Shown piece after piece: positions 29,856-40,485 of a stretch of DNA of 64,000 nucleotides (positions within the stretch are counted from its first letter, which is position 1; the number at the start of each line of letters is the position of its first letter). This DNA is from an uncultured Verrucomicrobiae bacterium (GTDB taxonomy: Bacteria > Verrucomicrobiota > Verrucomicrobiia > Chthoniobacterales > JAFAMB01), in assembly GCA_963813025.1 (NCBI GenBank), contig CAWEXO010000001.1:167786-231785 (forward strand), written 5' to 3'. The notes beneath the pieces are model-generated. The model searched no databases and was not told where the DNA came from. It was given only the letters and a program-made list of their open reading frames with translations. A program made the translations under genes and the position numbers.

Positions 29856-30281
29856 TTCCCGGGGGGACGGGTCAAAAACTAGGAGTCGATCGCCAAGGCG
29901 AGAACTTATTTGACGTGTCCGCCATAGCCTTGGCGAAGGCGGAGCCGTCTGGAGTGGGTGGCTCATCCCGACTTATCCAGGAGCTTATCCCTACCGCCAA
30001 TCGCTTGATGGCGCGCTACAAAATTACCCAAAGTCCGACAGACCCTTCCACTTTGTCAGTGGAGTCTGCGCGGATGCTTTGGTTGCGGCTACGCCACGCT
30101 GTGATCTTTGGGAGCTTCTGTTCAAGCTCTTCGGCATTATCTGGTAAAAGGGGCGTCTTCAGGATTTATTAACAGAAGGTCACGAAAAACATTAAGAAGA
30201 GAAATCAGAGCTAGCGTAAACTGAGCAAATCTTTGCGGCCTTTGCGGCCTTTTGTGTTAAGTCCGACACACCCTGTCGGCT

Positions 30282-30337
30282 TAGCAAATAGCAAATAGCA
30301 AATAGCAAATAGCAAATAGCAGATCGCAAATCGCAAA
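30282..30337 (+). repeat. Heptamer tandem repeat (TAGCAAA)n
   Basis: About 5 perfect TAGCAAA units followed by degenerate TAGCAGA/TCGCAAA units. Confidence 0.9.
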
Positions 30338-30415
30338 CGGACACTCAACCTCATCTTCGTGGTCTTTCTGTGCAGAATCCGTTGGGGAGGTCAGTGGTCG
30401 CGTTCAGATTGAAAA

Positions 30416-30838
30416 TTATGAGCGTCTTTGGCTGAGTTCGGGTGGTTCTGACAGAATTGGTCTGAGTTCAAGCGTCTGACCGTACTCCAGGCAGGGAGCA
30501 TCGTTGGCGATCGCAACCGCTTCGTCGAAACTATCCGCCACAAAGAGAATAAATCCGGCAATGGCCTCTTTGGACTCAATGAACGGACCGTCGATAATCG
30601 CATGCTTGTGTTCCAGTAACTTTCCTTGGTGCGCCAATGGAGACGCGAGTTTGATTTTTCCGTTGGTCCGCAACCCGTCAACCCAAGCACCGAATTTAGC
30701 CACGAGGTTCTGGACCTCCGCCGAAGAGTAATCTTTTTGCCAGGCGGTGTTCCGAATCAGTAGGAGGTATTCCGAGCCGCCCGGCGCGAGTGATTCGCCC
30801 GGAAACGAAGCGGGAGAGACTTTTTTTTGCGTATTCAT
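30416..30838 (-). CDS. YciI family protein
   Basis: EYLLLIR...W...L...G, DGPFIESKEAIAGF....ADS.DEA..IA...P.L..G...ELRP. Confidence 0.88.
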   Translation of the reverse strand: MNTQKKVSPASFPGESLAPGGSEYLLLIRNTAWQKDYSSAEVQNLVAKFGAWVDGLRTNGKIKLASPLAHQGKLLEHKHAIIDGPFIESKEAIAGFILFVADSFDEAVAIANDAPCLEYGQTLELRPILSEPPELSQRRS

Positions 30839-31496
30839 ATTGATTTCATCTTGCGCAACGGACCATGAATCAGCTGACCGAACAAAGGTTCATCAGCCGG
30901 TACATTCAAGGCGTCGCGCCGATTGTCCCAGCGGAAAACACTTTGGCCGAGAGTCGCGGCTTTGCGAAGGGTTTGCCCGAAATGCCGCGCCCCTGAGAAG
31001 GAAGTAGTCGATCTCAGGAAGCGTTGGTTCCACCCCGGAAATCAGGTCGGACACTGCAGGTAAGCGGTTACTCTCTCGGAAGGAGGCAACCACGCAACAA
31101 AGTTGGAAGAGGCCGTGATCGATATTCATATTCTTGAATACGACGAACAAGCAGACTTTTTCCGGACATGTTTGAGCTTTCGCTGGTTAAGTCAGTAACT
31201 GTGCAAGATCGAGACTGCTAAAAGTCGGCAGCACTTCCGCGGGGCGCCAAAGGCTCCTGAACTTCGCCTTCGCGACCTTCGTGGCCTTTGCCTAATCCCA
31301 TCGCCTTGGAGCAAAAGCAATTCGCCGTCCGGCTTTACTAACCGAAACGTTGTTTCCAGTTCACAGGCTTTGTGCCTGGAAGAATTTCCTCACAAAAGAC
31401 CGCAAAGATCACAGAGAAGAAATGATGTTGGTGTAAAGCGACTCAAATCTTTGAGACCTTTGCGGCCTTCTGTGGTAACTCCGAAACGCCCATCAC

Positions 31497-32573
31497 CTAA
31501 CTCGTGGAAGTTACCTCGCGGGTCCGTTCCGCCAGATCGTCCAGGTCGCGCTGCAGTTGCTCCACCCCGAAGGCGCTGCCGAGAATCCGTCCTACGACAT
31601 CGGTCGGCAATTCGCGAGTGTTACCCTCGTGGCGTACTTTATCGATTGCCGCGATGAAATCGCCCATCGCGGTCCGCGACGCGGATGAGTCCGGTGGCGC
31701 GTGGCTAGTCGGCAGAGCGGCGGATAGAACGGAGAACTCTGCCGCAACCGCCTTCGCACAGGCCGACCAGGGTCGCGCCAGCGCCGTCTGGACGCTGTCG
31801 GGCCAGGGCGCACCGAACATGCGATTCAACGCCAGGACGTCCTGCTGCAGCCGGCGCAGGGTACGGAACAAGGGCTCCGGGTCCGGCTGGTTGGACAGAC
31901 GACTGCGACGCTCGTGCGCGGCTTCTTCTGCCGCGGTGCCAAGGCGGTTGAGCGCGGCTCGCAAGCGCGCCGGCAGTTCGCCGAGATCCGGCGCGCCGGT
32001 GCGTACTGCCGGCTCCAGCGCCGTCATGATCCGGGAGAGCAGCAGCGCGGTTTCGGCTGCTGCCTCGCGAACTTGCATATCCGCCCGCGCCGGGACGATG
32101 AACATCGAAACAGCCACCCCGAGGACGGACCCGAGCGCAATCTCCAGTACGCGGTCGAGCGCGTAGCCGAGCGGACCCATTGTGACGGCGCTGCTGCTCA
32201 GCAGCACGATAATCGCGGTGACCGGCGCGATTCGGTAGTTCGGAAAGTAGGCGGTCAGCACGACGAGCGGTGTCAACGCGCCGACGAGAGCGATTTCAAG
32301 CGCAAACGGCGTGCGGACTGGCAGCAGGACCGCAGCGAGGGCGCCGATCAGTGCGCCGCAGACCGAACCGACGAGGCGGTCCATTGCCGCCTTCAAAGAG
32401 CCACCGACACTGTTCTGGGTAACGATGACAGCAGTCAGCACGGCCCAGAAGCCTTGGGGCAGGTGGAGGATAGTGGCCAGCGCATAGGTGAGCGCGGTCG
32501 CAATCATCATCCGCAAGACCAGCCAGAGGCGGGCGCGGTGGCGAGTGGTCGAGGGCTGGGGCAACCCCGTCAT
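31497..32573 (-). CDS. FUSC family membrane protein
   Basis: LPQGFWAVLTAVIVTQ.SVGGSLKA..DRL.GS..GA, APVTAIIVL, ALDRVLEI.LG. Visibly higher GC than its flanks. Confidence 0.88.
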   Translation of the reverse strand: MTGLPQPSTTRHRARLWLVLRMMIATALTYALATILHLPQGFWAVLTAVIVTQNSVGGSLKAAMDRLVGSVCGALIGALAAVLLPVRTPFALEIALVGALTPLVVLTAYFPNYRIAPVTAIIVLLSSSAVTMGPLGYALDRVLEIALGSVLGVAVSMFIVPARADMQVREAAAETALLLSRIMTALEPAVRTGAPDLGELPARLRAALNRLGTAAEEAAHERRSRLSNQPDPEPLFRTLRRLQQDVLALNRMFGAPWPDSVQTALARPWSACAKAVAAEFSVLSAALPTSHAPPDSSASRTAMGDFIAAIDKVRHEGNTRELPTDVVGRILGSAFGVEQLQRDLDDLAERTREVTSTS

Positions 32574-33042
32574 AGCGGACAAAATACGTTTCGCGTTTCA
32601 CGTTTCACGAAGGCGATGGTCACGTGGGCTCGCATTTGTTGTTACCCGTACTTCTGAAAGGAGACGCGTCATCGGACAAGGCTGGAAGAATCAGTCGGAC
32701 TTAACACAGAAGGCCTCAGAGCGATCGGGCCGGTGCGATACCTGGTTGCACCGACTAAATTCGATATTTGGCGGTTGGAGCAATGGCATCGAGCGTAATG
32801 CAAAGACGTTCGTCGAAAAGAGCTTTCGCTGGTTAAGCCAGTAATTGGAAGGTAGCGGCGCGACGGCAGCACTAAATCCGCGGCGTAGCCGCAACCAAAT
32901 TTGGTTCTGGCGGCAGGGTAAGGCGCACGGCCTCGTGCGTCGCACCAGAATACGGACGAGGCCGTCCGCGCTACTGGAGTGCTCTGGCGTGAACATTGTG
33001 GCTGATGTGTGCACTATGAATTCTCACAGCCGCTTTTCCTCC

Positions 33043-34914
33043 CTAAAGCTTCGGCGGACTCCTTCCGGGCACGAGATCGGATTGGAATTTCAGATAAGCC
33101 TTCCAGCCGCCAAATTCGGTGATGTCGACAGCGCCGCGCACCGCGACTTCCTCGCACAGGAAGCCCTTGACAACCTCACCGTTATTCAGATGAACCGTTC
33201 CAATGGTCAGCGGCGTCGGAACATTCTGCGCAAAAATTCCGAACTCGGTGACTGGAAGCTCCCATACCTCCAGATCGATGGACGAACCCATTTCGGGGCC
33301 GACGCGAATAAGCCCCGGTTTCGGCGGAGTGGTACCAGGAATCGCGAAGAGTTTGTAGAAAGGGGCTGTCTTGGAGCGCTGAATAAAGTGGCCGCGGCAA
33401 TCAGTGAGTTGGTAATTCAATGGCTCCCCGGTCAGGTGAGCACCCACTACCGCAAGCGCGATCGTCTCGGAATCAACCTCGGCTCTCGGCGAGTCCGCGC
33501 CATGATACGGTATTTTAGTTGCGCCTAGCGGTGGACGCAGAGATCCAAGATAGGATTTAGCAAGCGCGAGCAAAGCAGGCTCTGAAAATGCAGGTCCCAG
33601 GAGGGTGACACCAAATGGTAAACCGTCAGCGCGGAAGCCGGCCGGAACCGCAACACCGGCAAGATCCAGAAGGTTAGTGAAGTTGGTAAATAGCCCAAGG
33701 CGGCTATTCAGAGAAACAGGCTCCTGCTCGATTTCTTCGATTCGATAAATGTTGGGAGCGGTCGGTAACAGCAGAACATCGACGGAATCCCAAGCTACTG
33801 ACGTCTTCTGCCTGAATTCCTCCAGCGCGTACTGGGCATTAAACGCGTCAATCGCCGAGAATTTTTCTCCGCCGAGAATGATCTCGCGAACAACTGGATG
33901 AACCGCGGCCGGGTTTTCTTTAATGAATTTTCCGACTGCTGCGAAACGCTCTGCTACCCAGGGCCCACCGTAGAGAAGTTGAGCAGTTTCCAAAAACGGC
34001 TGCACGTCAATCTTGATCAAAGAATGGCCGAGAGACTCCAGGCGATCCACTGCTTGAGCGAACAGCGCGCAATAATCGTTCTCGACGTGTTCGAGATTTT
34101 GGGACGTCGCAAAGCCAATGCGGTACTTCGGCGAAGAATGCCTCCCGGGACGGTAATGGCGTGTATAGGGGTCCCGTGCGTCGTAACTCGCCGCGACCGA
34201 GAAAACGGTTTCTGCGTCGTCGGCTGTCAGGGCAAAGATCGTGACGCAATCAAGCGAGCGGCAAGCCGGCACCACGCCATGCGTACTCACCACCCCTCTG
34301 GTCGGCTTGAGACCAACAAGGTTGCTGAAGGCGGCTGGAACACGACCCGAGCCGGCGGTGTCGGTGCCTAACGCAAAGCTAACCAGCCCGGAAGCTACTG
34401 CGAGCGCCGAGCCGGAGCTTGAGCCGCCGGATATATACTCTGGATCGAAAAGGTTCGAGCAAATTCCATAGGGTGATCGTGCGCCTACCAGGCCGGTAGC
34501 GAACTGATCTAAATTCGTTTTGCCGATGAGGATACCTCCAGCCGCCAGCAGTCGCTGGACAACAGCCGCATTTTCTGCTGCCACGTAAGAAAATGCGGGA
34601 CAACCCGCGGTCGTGGGAAGGCGGGCAACATCAATATTGTCTTTGACCGCGAAAGGAATTCCAAACAACGGGAGGTTCACCGGCAGAATTCCCGTGCCAC
34701 GACGGGAGAGCGGAGCACTCGACGCAGCGGACAAAGCCTCCGCGGCTCGTAGCGCTTCTTCTTCGGACACGAGGTAGATCCAGATCGGGTTCTTCCTGCT
34801 CTCGGCGATCCGTTTGTAGATTTCGCGGACGACATCGGGAGGCGTCAAAGCGTTTGCCTGATAACCCTGCTGAAGTGTCGCGATGTCCAAAGAAAGCCCC
34901 GATAGATCTTTCAT
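33043..34914 (-). CDS. atzF: Allophanate hydrolase
   Basis: Amidase signature (PFAVKDNID, GKTNLDQFATGLVG, GGSSSGS, GTDTAGSGRVPA) plus the AtzF C-terminal domain (AVVGAHL.G.PLN, PPKPGL, GFLCE, DITEFGGW). Confidence 0.95.
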   Translation of the reverse strand: MKDLSGLSLDIATLQQGYQANALTPPDVVREIYKRIAESRKNPIWIYLVSEEEALRAAEALSAASSAPLSRRGTGILPVNLPLFGIPFAVKDNIDVARLPTTAGCPAFSYVAAENAAVVQRLLAAGGILIGKTNLDQFATGLVGARSPYGICSNLFDPEYISGGSSSGSALAVASGLVSFALGTDTAGSGRVPAAFSNLVGLKPTRGVVSTHGVVPACRSLDCVTIFALTADDAETVFSVAASYDARDPYTRHYRPGRHSSPKYRIGFATSQNLEHVENDYCALFAQAVDRLESLGHSLIKIDVQPFLETAQLLYGGPWVAERFAAVGKFIKENPAAVHPVVREIILGGEKFSAIDAFNAQYALEEFRQKTSVAWDSVDVLLLPTAPNIYRIEEIEQEPVSLNSRLGLFTNFTNLLDLAGVAVPAGFRADGLPFGVTLLGPAFSEPALLALAKSYLGSLRPPLGATKIPYHGADSPRAEVDSETIALAVVGAHLTGEPLNYQLTDCRGHFIQRSKTAPFYKLFAIPGTTPPKPGLIRVGPEMGSSIDLEVWELPVTEFGIFAQNVPTPLTIGTVHLNNGEVVKGFLCEEVAVRGAVDITEFGGWKAYLKFQSDLVPGRSPPKL

Positions 34915-35550
34915 GTGTTGGAAATTGTTCTGAGTGACACAAAGCAATCAATTTACGCCTTCTCTCGGTGAGCACGAATCCTGCCTCAAAGTACAATTCT
35001 TAGGACCGACGCTCCCCTAGCCTTGTAGTCTGGCCATTGTTCCGCCCAAGCGCTTTGCTCCGCAGGAGCAGAAAGAGAATAGACCCGCGCTTCAGCGCCC
35101 GTAGGTTCACGCCCGCGACTCGCGTCCCGAAGAGGAGTGTAGCGCGGACGGCCTCGTCCGTAATCGTGGACGAGTTGTCAGCCATCCGCCGGAGCCTGAC
35201 ACACGACCTCGCTTCATCGGGCTAAAAGGAACCAGCAATACAGTGGTGCTGCCACCGGAATAGGGACGAGGCCGTCCACGCTACCGGACATGCCTCAAAT
35301 GGAATCCGTACCGCACCTCGTCCTCGATGCCACACCGAAAGCGGCTCGAATAAAATTCTCGCCCTACCCGCACAGGGCCAGAGCACGTTGCGAGAAAATC
35401 ATCTCAACCCAGAGGCTATTTTGCGCCATCAGAAAATCTCCCAATTTGGCATTGCTAGTGCTCTTCAACGCGGCTGGCTGTTTTCGTTCCGCACTTGCGC
35501 TCTAACCTGGATACGAAAATCAGCGAATCCTGACAGAACCCCTGCAACTG

Positions 35551-36227
35551 ATGAAGATGAATGGGACCGTGAGCGTTGAGGCCGAGCCATACGCTTACCA
35601 ATTCGGTCCGGCGCAGACCGCGCTTCTGATCATCGACATGCAGCGGGATTTTCTTTAGCCGGGAGGGTTCGGCGAGATGCTGGGCAACGATGTCTCACGC
35701 TTCGTCGCACAATCGAGCCTAACGGCCGGCTTCTCGCTGCATGGCGCGCAGCTGGTTTGAAGGTGATTCACACCCGGGAAGGCCACCGCGCCGATTTGAG
35801 CGATCTTTCGCCCGCCAAGAAACTGCGCGGCCGGAGCAAGACCTCAATTGGCGATGTCGGTCCAATGGGTCGGATCCTGGTCCGCGGTGAGCCCGGGCAT
35901 GACATCATTCCCGAGCTTTGCCCTCTTCCCGCTGAGCCCGTAATCGACAAGCCGGGAAAAGGCGCGTTTTTCGGCACTGACCTCCACGCCCTCCTGCAGA
36001 ATAGCGACATCCAGAAGCTCGTTGTAACCGGGGTGACCACCGAGGTCTGCGTAAACACGACGGTCCGCGAAGCCAACGATCGCGGTTACGACTGCCTTGT
36101 CCTGGAGGACTGCGTTGGATCCTATTTTCCGGAATTTCAGGAAATGGGGCTGAAGATGATCAAGGCGCAAGGCGGGATCTTCGGCTGGGTATCAGACTCG
36201 GCACCAATCCTGACCGCTCTAGGGTAA
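35551..36227 (+). pseudogene. trtA: Cysteine hydrolase of the triuret hydrolase (TrtA) type, with internal stop and frameshift
   Basis: AEPY...[26 protein letters not shown] (TAG 35656-35658, probably from GAG), frameshift at about 35698, then [42 protein letters not shown] triad present. Confidence 0.75.
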
Positions 36228-36265
36228 GGCAGAACGATGCAACACAGAAATTGAAAAACACAATT

Positions 36266-37800
36266 ATGAATAAGACGAGGCCCGCGCTCTGGGCGTCTGG
36301 CGATTGGAACGCCTTCTTCGGGTTTGGGACGAATATTCTGGTAAATCTGCTCGTGTTGAGCGGGCTTTTGCGGTTCGTACTGAAGATGCCGGACGATCTC
36401 GTCTTTCGGCGTATCCTCCCGGCGACCGGTTTGATGCTGTTCCTCAGCACCATCTATTATGCATGGCTGGCTTACCGGCTGGCCAAGCGAACCGGGCGAA
36501 CCGATGTTTGCGCGCTTCCTTCAGGCATTAGCGTGCCCCATATGTTTGTTGTCACTTTCGTGATTATGTTGCCGATCGCCGTCAGGACCGGCAATCCAAT
36601 CAAGGGCTGGGAAGCGGTCCTGACGTGGGTTTTTGTTCAGAGTTTTGTGCTCATGGCCGGCGGCTTTGTTGCGCCAGTCATCCGCAAAATCACACCGCGC
36701 GCCGCTCTTCTCAAAACACTGGCCGGCGTCTCAATCGCGTTCATCTCTATGCGTCCGGCGCTGGAAATGTTCATGTCGCCAGTGATCGGCATCACGTGCT
36801 TTGCGATCATTCTCGCGAGCTGGTTTGGCGGCGTTCGTTATTTCCGCGGCGTCCCAGCCGGCCTGGTCGCTATTGCAGTCGGTTGGGTGATCGCCTGGGG
36901 TTCGACCGCGCTGGGTTTTGGGTATGGCGGGATGAAGGTGGAGAATCTTTGGCAATCATTTGCGAACTTTGGTTTCTCGGTTCCGCTCCCGGCCGTAAAC
37001 CACGTCTTTGCGGGTTTTCAATTTCTTGGCGTGATCCTCGTCACCGCGATCCCGTTCGGCATCTACGATTTGGTCGAGGCGATGGATAACGTCGAAAGCG
37101 CCTCCGCCGCGGGCGACAGTTTTCCGACCACGCGAGTGCTCACCGCTGATGGCGTTGTCAGCCTGATTGGTTGTCTGATGGGTAACCCCTTCATTAACGC
37201 CGTTTACATCGGCCATCCCGGCTGGAAAGCGATGGGGGGCAGGATCGGCTATTCAGCTGCGACGGGCGTCATGGTGATCCTGTTATCCTGGTTTGGCATC
37301 ATTTCGGTAATGGTAGCCCTGATTCCGGTTGTCGCGATTTCGCCGATCCTGCTTTATATCGGCATGCTGATTGGCGCTCAGGCCTTTCAGGAAACCCCGA
37401 AAAATCATGCGCCGGCAATTATTCTAGCCCTTACGCCGCACCTGGCCGCCTGGGGTAAGATGCAGATTGACAATGCCTTGGCTGCCGCAGGCACAAACGC
37501 GGCCACGGTCGGCCTGGAGAAGCTGGGGCAAACCGGAGTTCTCTATCACGGCCTTGAAGTACTCGGGGGCGGAGCAATTCTTGCAGGGTTGGTGCTCGGA
37601 GCGATTGGGGTATTCATCATCGACCGGCAGTTTATGAAGGCAGCCTCCTTCGCGCTGGCCGGAGCAGCTCTGACTTTCTTCGGATTCATGCACGGCGAGA
37701 AAATCGGCATCGGACAGACGCCGGTCGTGGCGATCAGTTATTTGGCGGTTGCCGCGGTCCTGGTCAGTTGCTCCAAGTTGGCTTTGGCGGTCCAGGTTCC
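36266..37800 (+). CDS. Polytopic membrane permease (xanthine/uracil permease-like, of the type found in biuret/triuret clusters); native 3' end lost
   Basis: W..GDWNAFFG...N, TDVCALPSG.SVPHMF, MDNVESA.AAGD, VYIGHPGWK.MGGRIGY; many TM helices. The ORF reads through to 38152 only via out-of-frame cupin and repeat sequence. Confidence 0.8.
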
Positions 37801-37804
37801 GGAC

Positions 37805-37976
37805 ACATTCCATCCTGGCCGGCTTGCAGCGGGACAGCAGCGGGTTTTTTGGAGCGGGGACTTTGATTATCAACGCGCCCGGCACGCGGCACAGAGTCGT
37901 CGGCGAAAGTGGCTGTATCGTTCTTGCGATTTACAAGAAGCCCGTTCGGTTTCTTCAGGATCCTGCATCGGCTTGA
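37805..37976 (+). pseudogene. 3' half of a ChrR-like cupin gene
   Basis: ILAGLQRDSSG..GAGTLIINAPGTRHRVVGESGCIVLAIYKKPVRF; N-terminal half absent. Confidence 0.7.
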
Positions 37977-38009
37977 GGTTCGTCGGCGGGGTGTGCGCAC
38001 AGACTCGGC

Positions 38010-39179
38010 TCACAGGCTGGAAGCCTGTGCCACATTCCATCCCCTGCCCCAGTCTCCAAAGGCTTCCCATCCTGAGTCAGTTACCGCGACGGTATCCTCT
38101 AACTTTACAAACCCGACGTCAGAATGTTTCACATGGGTCTCAATGGAAATAACCATCCCGGTTTCAAGGGGCCGCTTTGCATGCTTATCCGAGTACGGAA
38201 CCGGGCCGGTTGCGGTAAGCCTGGGCGCTTCGTGGGCCATCAGCCCTATACCATGCGCTACAAAGTGCATGTCGTTCTGGTGCGAACAGGATTTCAGCTT
38301 CTCAAGGGCGATCTCGTAAATTTCGCATCCGAGTGCCCCTGGCTTGATTGGGGTTCGGGCAGCCGACTGGATATCGAGGATCTCCCCTAAAAGATCGTTC
38401 ATCAGAGCTGTGGGTTCGCCGAGGACCGCCATTCGGGCCATATCGGCAAGATAACCGTGATAGCAGCCCCCAGTATCCAATGACAGGATTTCCCGGTTCG
38501 CTATCTTACGCTGTGAAGGTCCCCGGCCAAAGGTGGCTCCGGTTGTGATGAGGGCAAACTCATAATCCAGTCCTCTCAACGTTTGCTCAACGCGTAACTG
38601 TTGGACGATTTCCGTTTCTGTCACGCCCGGTCTGACCTGCTGGAAGGTTGCCAGCATTGCGTCAACGATACCGGCTGCGGCCTTGCGCAGATGATCCAGT
38701 TCGACTTCGGTTTTTACGGCCCGGAGTTCTTCAAGAATTTCCGTCGCGTCGATGAATGTGGCACCTGGTAGTTCAGCGCGCAGAATTTCCCAGGCAGCTA
38801 CCGGCCAGAGCTCGAATTCCAGTGCAATCTTTGGAGCAATAAAACCGGCGCTCTTTAGAAATTCTGCGGCTGCTCGGGCCGACTCGCGCGCGGTCCACGA
38901 TACGGTGGCGATCCGTTCCGGCCATATCGGAGAAACCTCGATACCCCAGCCCTCGTCCCCGCCCCCGACGTAAAAGGCCAAATCCTTACGACCCTTGATG
39001 TATCCCATTACCGGCAAATAATACCCCAGTCCGATTGCGGCCGAGTGTTCGAAAAAGAAATAACGGTAGCCGCCTAGCAGGTATTGGACATTATGCTTAG
39101 ACGAGGCCAGAAGGACATCGGCGCCGGATTCATCAAGCAAAGCGTCGAGTTTAACCGTGGAGAAGGGGAGCGATTGCAT
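38010..39179 (-). CDS. M24 (Xaa-Pro peptidase / creatinase) family protein
   Basis: LRAVKT..E, LSLDTGG...GYLADMAR, HGIGL..HEAP, VISIET, KLEDTV.VT. Confidence 0.9.
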   Translation of the reverse strand: MQSLPFSTVKLDALLDESGADVLLASSKHNVQYLLGGYRYFFFEHSAAIGLGYYLPVMGYIKGRKDLAFYVGGGDEGWGIEVSPIWPERIATVSWTARESARAAAEFLKSAGFIAPKIALEFELWPVAAWEILRAELPGATFIDATEILEELRAVKTEVELDHLRKAAAGIVDAMLATFQQVRPGVTETEIVQQLRVEQTLRGLDYEFALITTGATFGRGPSQRKIANREILSLDTGGCYHGYLADMARMAVLGEPTALMNDLLGEILDIQSAARTPIKPGALGCEIYEIALEKLKSCSHQNDMHFVAHGIGLMAHEAPRLTATGPVPYSDKHAKRPLETGMVISIETHVKHSDVGFVKLEDTVAVTDSGWEAFGDWGRGWNVAQASSL

Positions 39180-39269
39180 TTTGAAAAGGAAGTTTGCTGC
39201 CCGCGGTCCGGGACTTAATGACTACCGAAGGAATCAACGCATCAGACCACGTCGTTCTCACCCGGTCAA

Positions 39270-39725
39270 CCTTGGTAGGGCGAGAATTCAGAGATTGTCT
39301 CGCAGCACCCCAGGTTGGTAGGGGCAAGCTCTGCTTGACCATTTGGGCGCAAGTCATCGCGCGATTCAGACGAGCAGGCCGCCTCCGCAAGGGCTACGGC
39401 GCGCCTTCCGGTTAAACCTCTGTACAGCCGGTAAAATCTTGTTTTCCTGCAAGGATTTGCGAAGAGCTGAACAGTTTGAAAGGTTCACCGGCAAAGATGC
39501 CGGTGTCACGGCCGGAAAGTGGCACAGGCTTCCAGCCTGTCCGTGCGTTCTGCGCGGATGCTTTGGTTGCGGCTACGCCACGCTGAGTGTTTGAAGACCG
39601 GAAATCTTGCGCCTCTTTAAGGGCGCCCCGAGGGGGAACGGTTTTCCCCGGGGTTAAAACCGGTTAAAACCCACGGGCTGAGTCCTGACGTCCCTTCGGG
39701 ACTAAAGTAGAAGTCCGACACCCCA
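39270..39725. repeat. REP/MITE cluster
   Basis: GGTAGGGCGAGAATTC, GAGATTGTCTCGCA, CACCGGCAAAGATGCCGGTG, GTGGCACAGGCTTCCAGCCTG and CCCGGGGTTAAAACC...GGGCTGAGTCCTG..CCCTTCGGGAC units. Confidence 0.8.
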
Positions 39726-39777
39726 AGGACGCTAGGGCTCGATTGAATCCAAAGCCGCCTGACGCAGGTCGACAATT

Positions 39778-39948
39778 CTATCGTGCAATCGAGCGCGCAT
39801 GGTCCGATCGGGTTTTAAGATAGGTCTTCCAGCCGCCAAATTCGGTGATGTCGACAGCGCCGCGCACCGCGACTTCCTCGCACAGCAAGCCCTGGACGAC
39901 CTCACCGTTATTCAGATGAACCATTCCAATGGTCAGCGGCGCCGGAAC
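39778..39948 (-). pseudogene. atzF: Duplicated 3' fragment of atzF
   Basis: VPAPLTIGMVHLNNGEVVQGLLCEEVAVRGAVDITEFGGWKTYLK; DNA closely matches 33075-33222. Confidence 0.88.
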
Positions 39949-40485
39949 CTCCTTCGGAAGCCTATGGCGGACGCGGTCAGATAAAGAGATTCTCGCGGAC
40001 CCGAAAATCCTATTCGTAGCCAGCCGGCGCGTCCTTCTTCGCGTGGGCAGCGCGGGATTTTGCCCGACTGCCCTTGGCAAAGAAAACCCTTTCTTTTTTC
40101 CAAAGCGTTCTTTTCTCCGGGCGGAGTTATTCACAAGCTGGAGCTCCGACCGGTAGGGCCTCCGACCACAGCTTGCTGAATAACTCCGGACTTGCTATAC
40201 GGACTTGCTATACGAAAATTCATTGGAGCGTCAGCGAGAACTTGTTTGAGCCGTCTTGGCTATGGCAACTCCATCGTCCGGCTCGAACGAGTCTTTGCCG
40301 AAGGCTCAGATGAAATTCTCGCCCTACCGGCACAGGGCCACGCGTTGGGACATGTCTCTAACCTCGCTTCGAACCATAGCTCGATTGCGCGCGCCACAGA
40401 TTACCCAAAGTCCGACAGGACCGGCAGGATGCCGGTGTCTACTTGAGAGTCTGACAAGTCGGAAGCTTGTTCTACGCTAGGCGCC

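Noticed and set aside
34950..35300. Guanidine (ykkC) riboswitch upstream of atzF
   Set aside because: The conserved ykkC motifs were not found by eye; the hairpins present belong to the GTAGCGCGGACGGCCTCGTCC REP family.
35656..35658. Programmed TAG read-through or recoding in trtA
   Set aside because: A frameshift follows about 40 nt later, other genes use TAG as a normal stop, and no pyrrolysine machinery is visible.
36251..38152. 633-aa permease with a novel C-terminal domain
   Set aside because: The tail is out-of-frame read-through across a cupin remnant, a REP and the antisense M24 gene.
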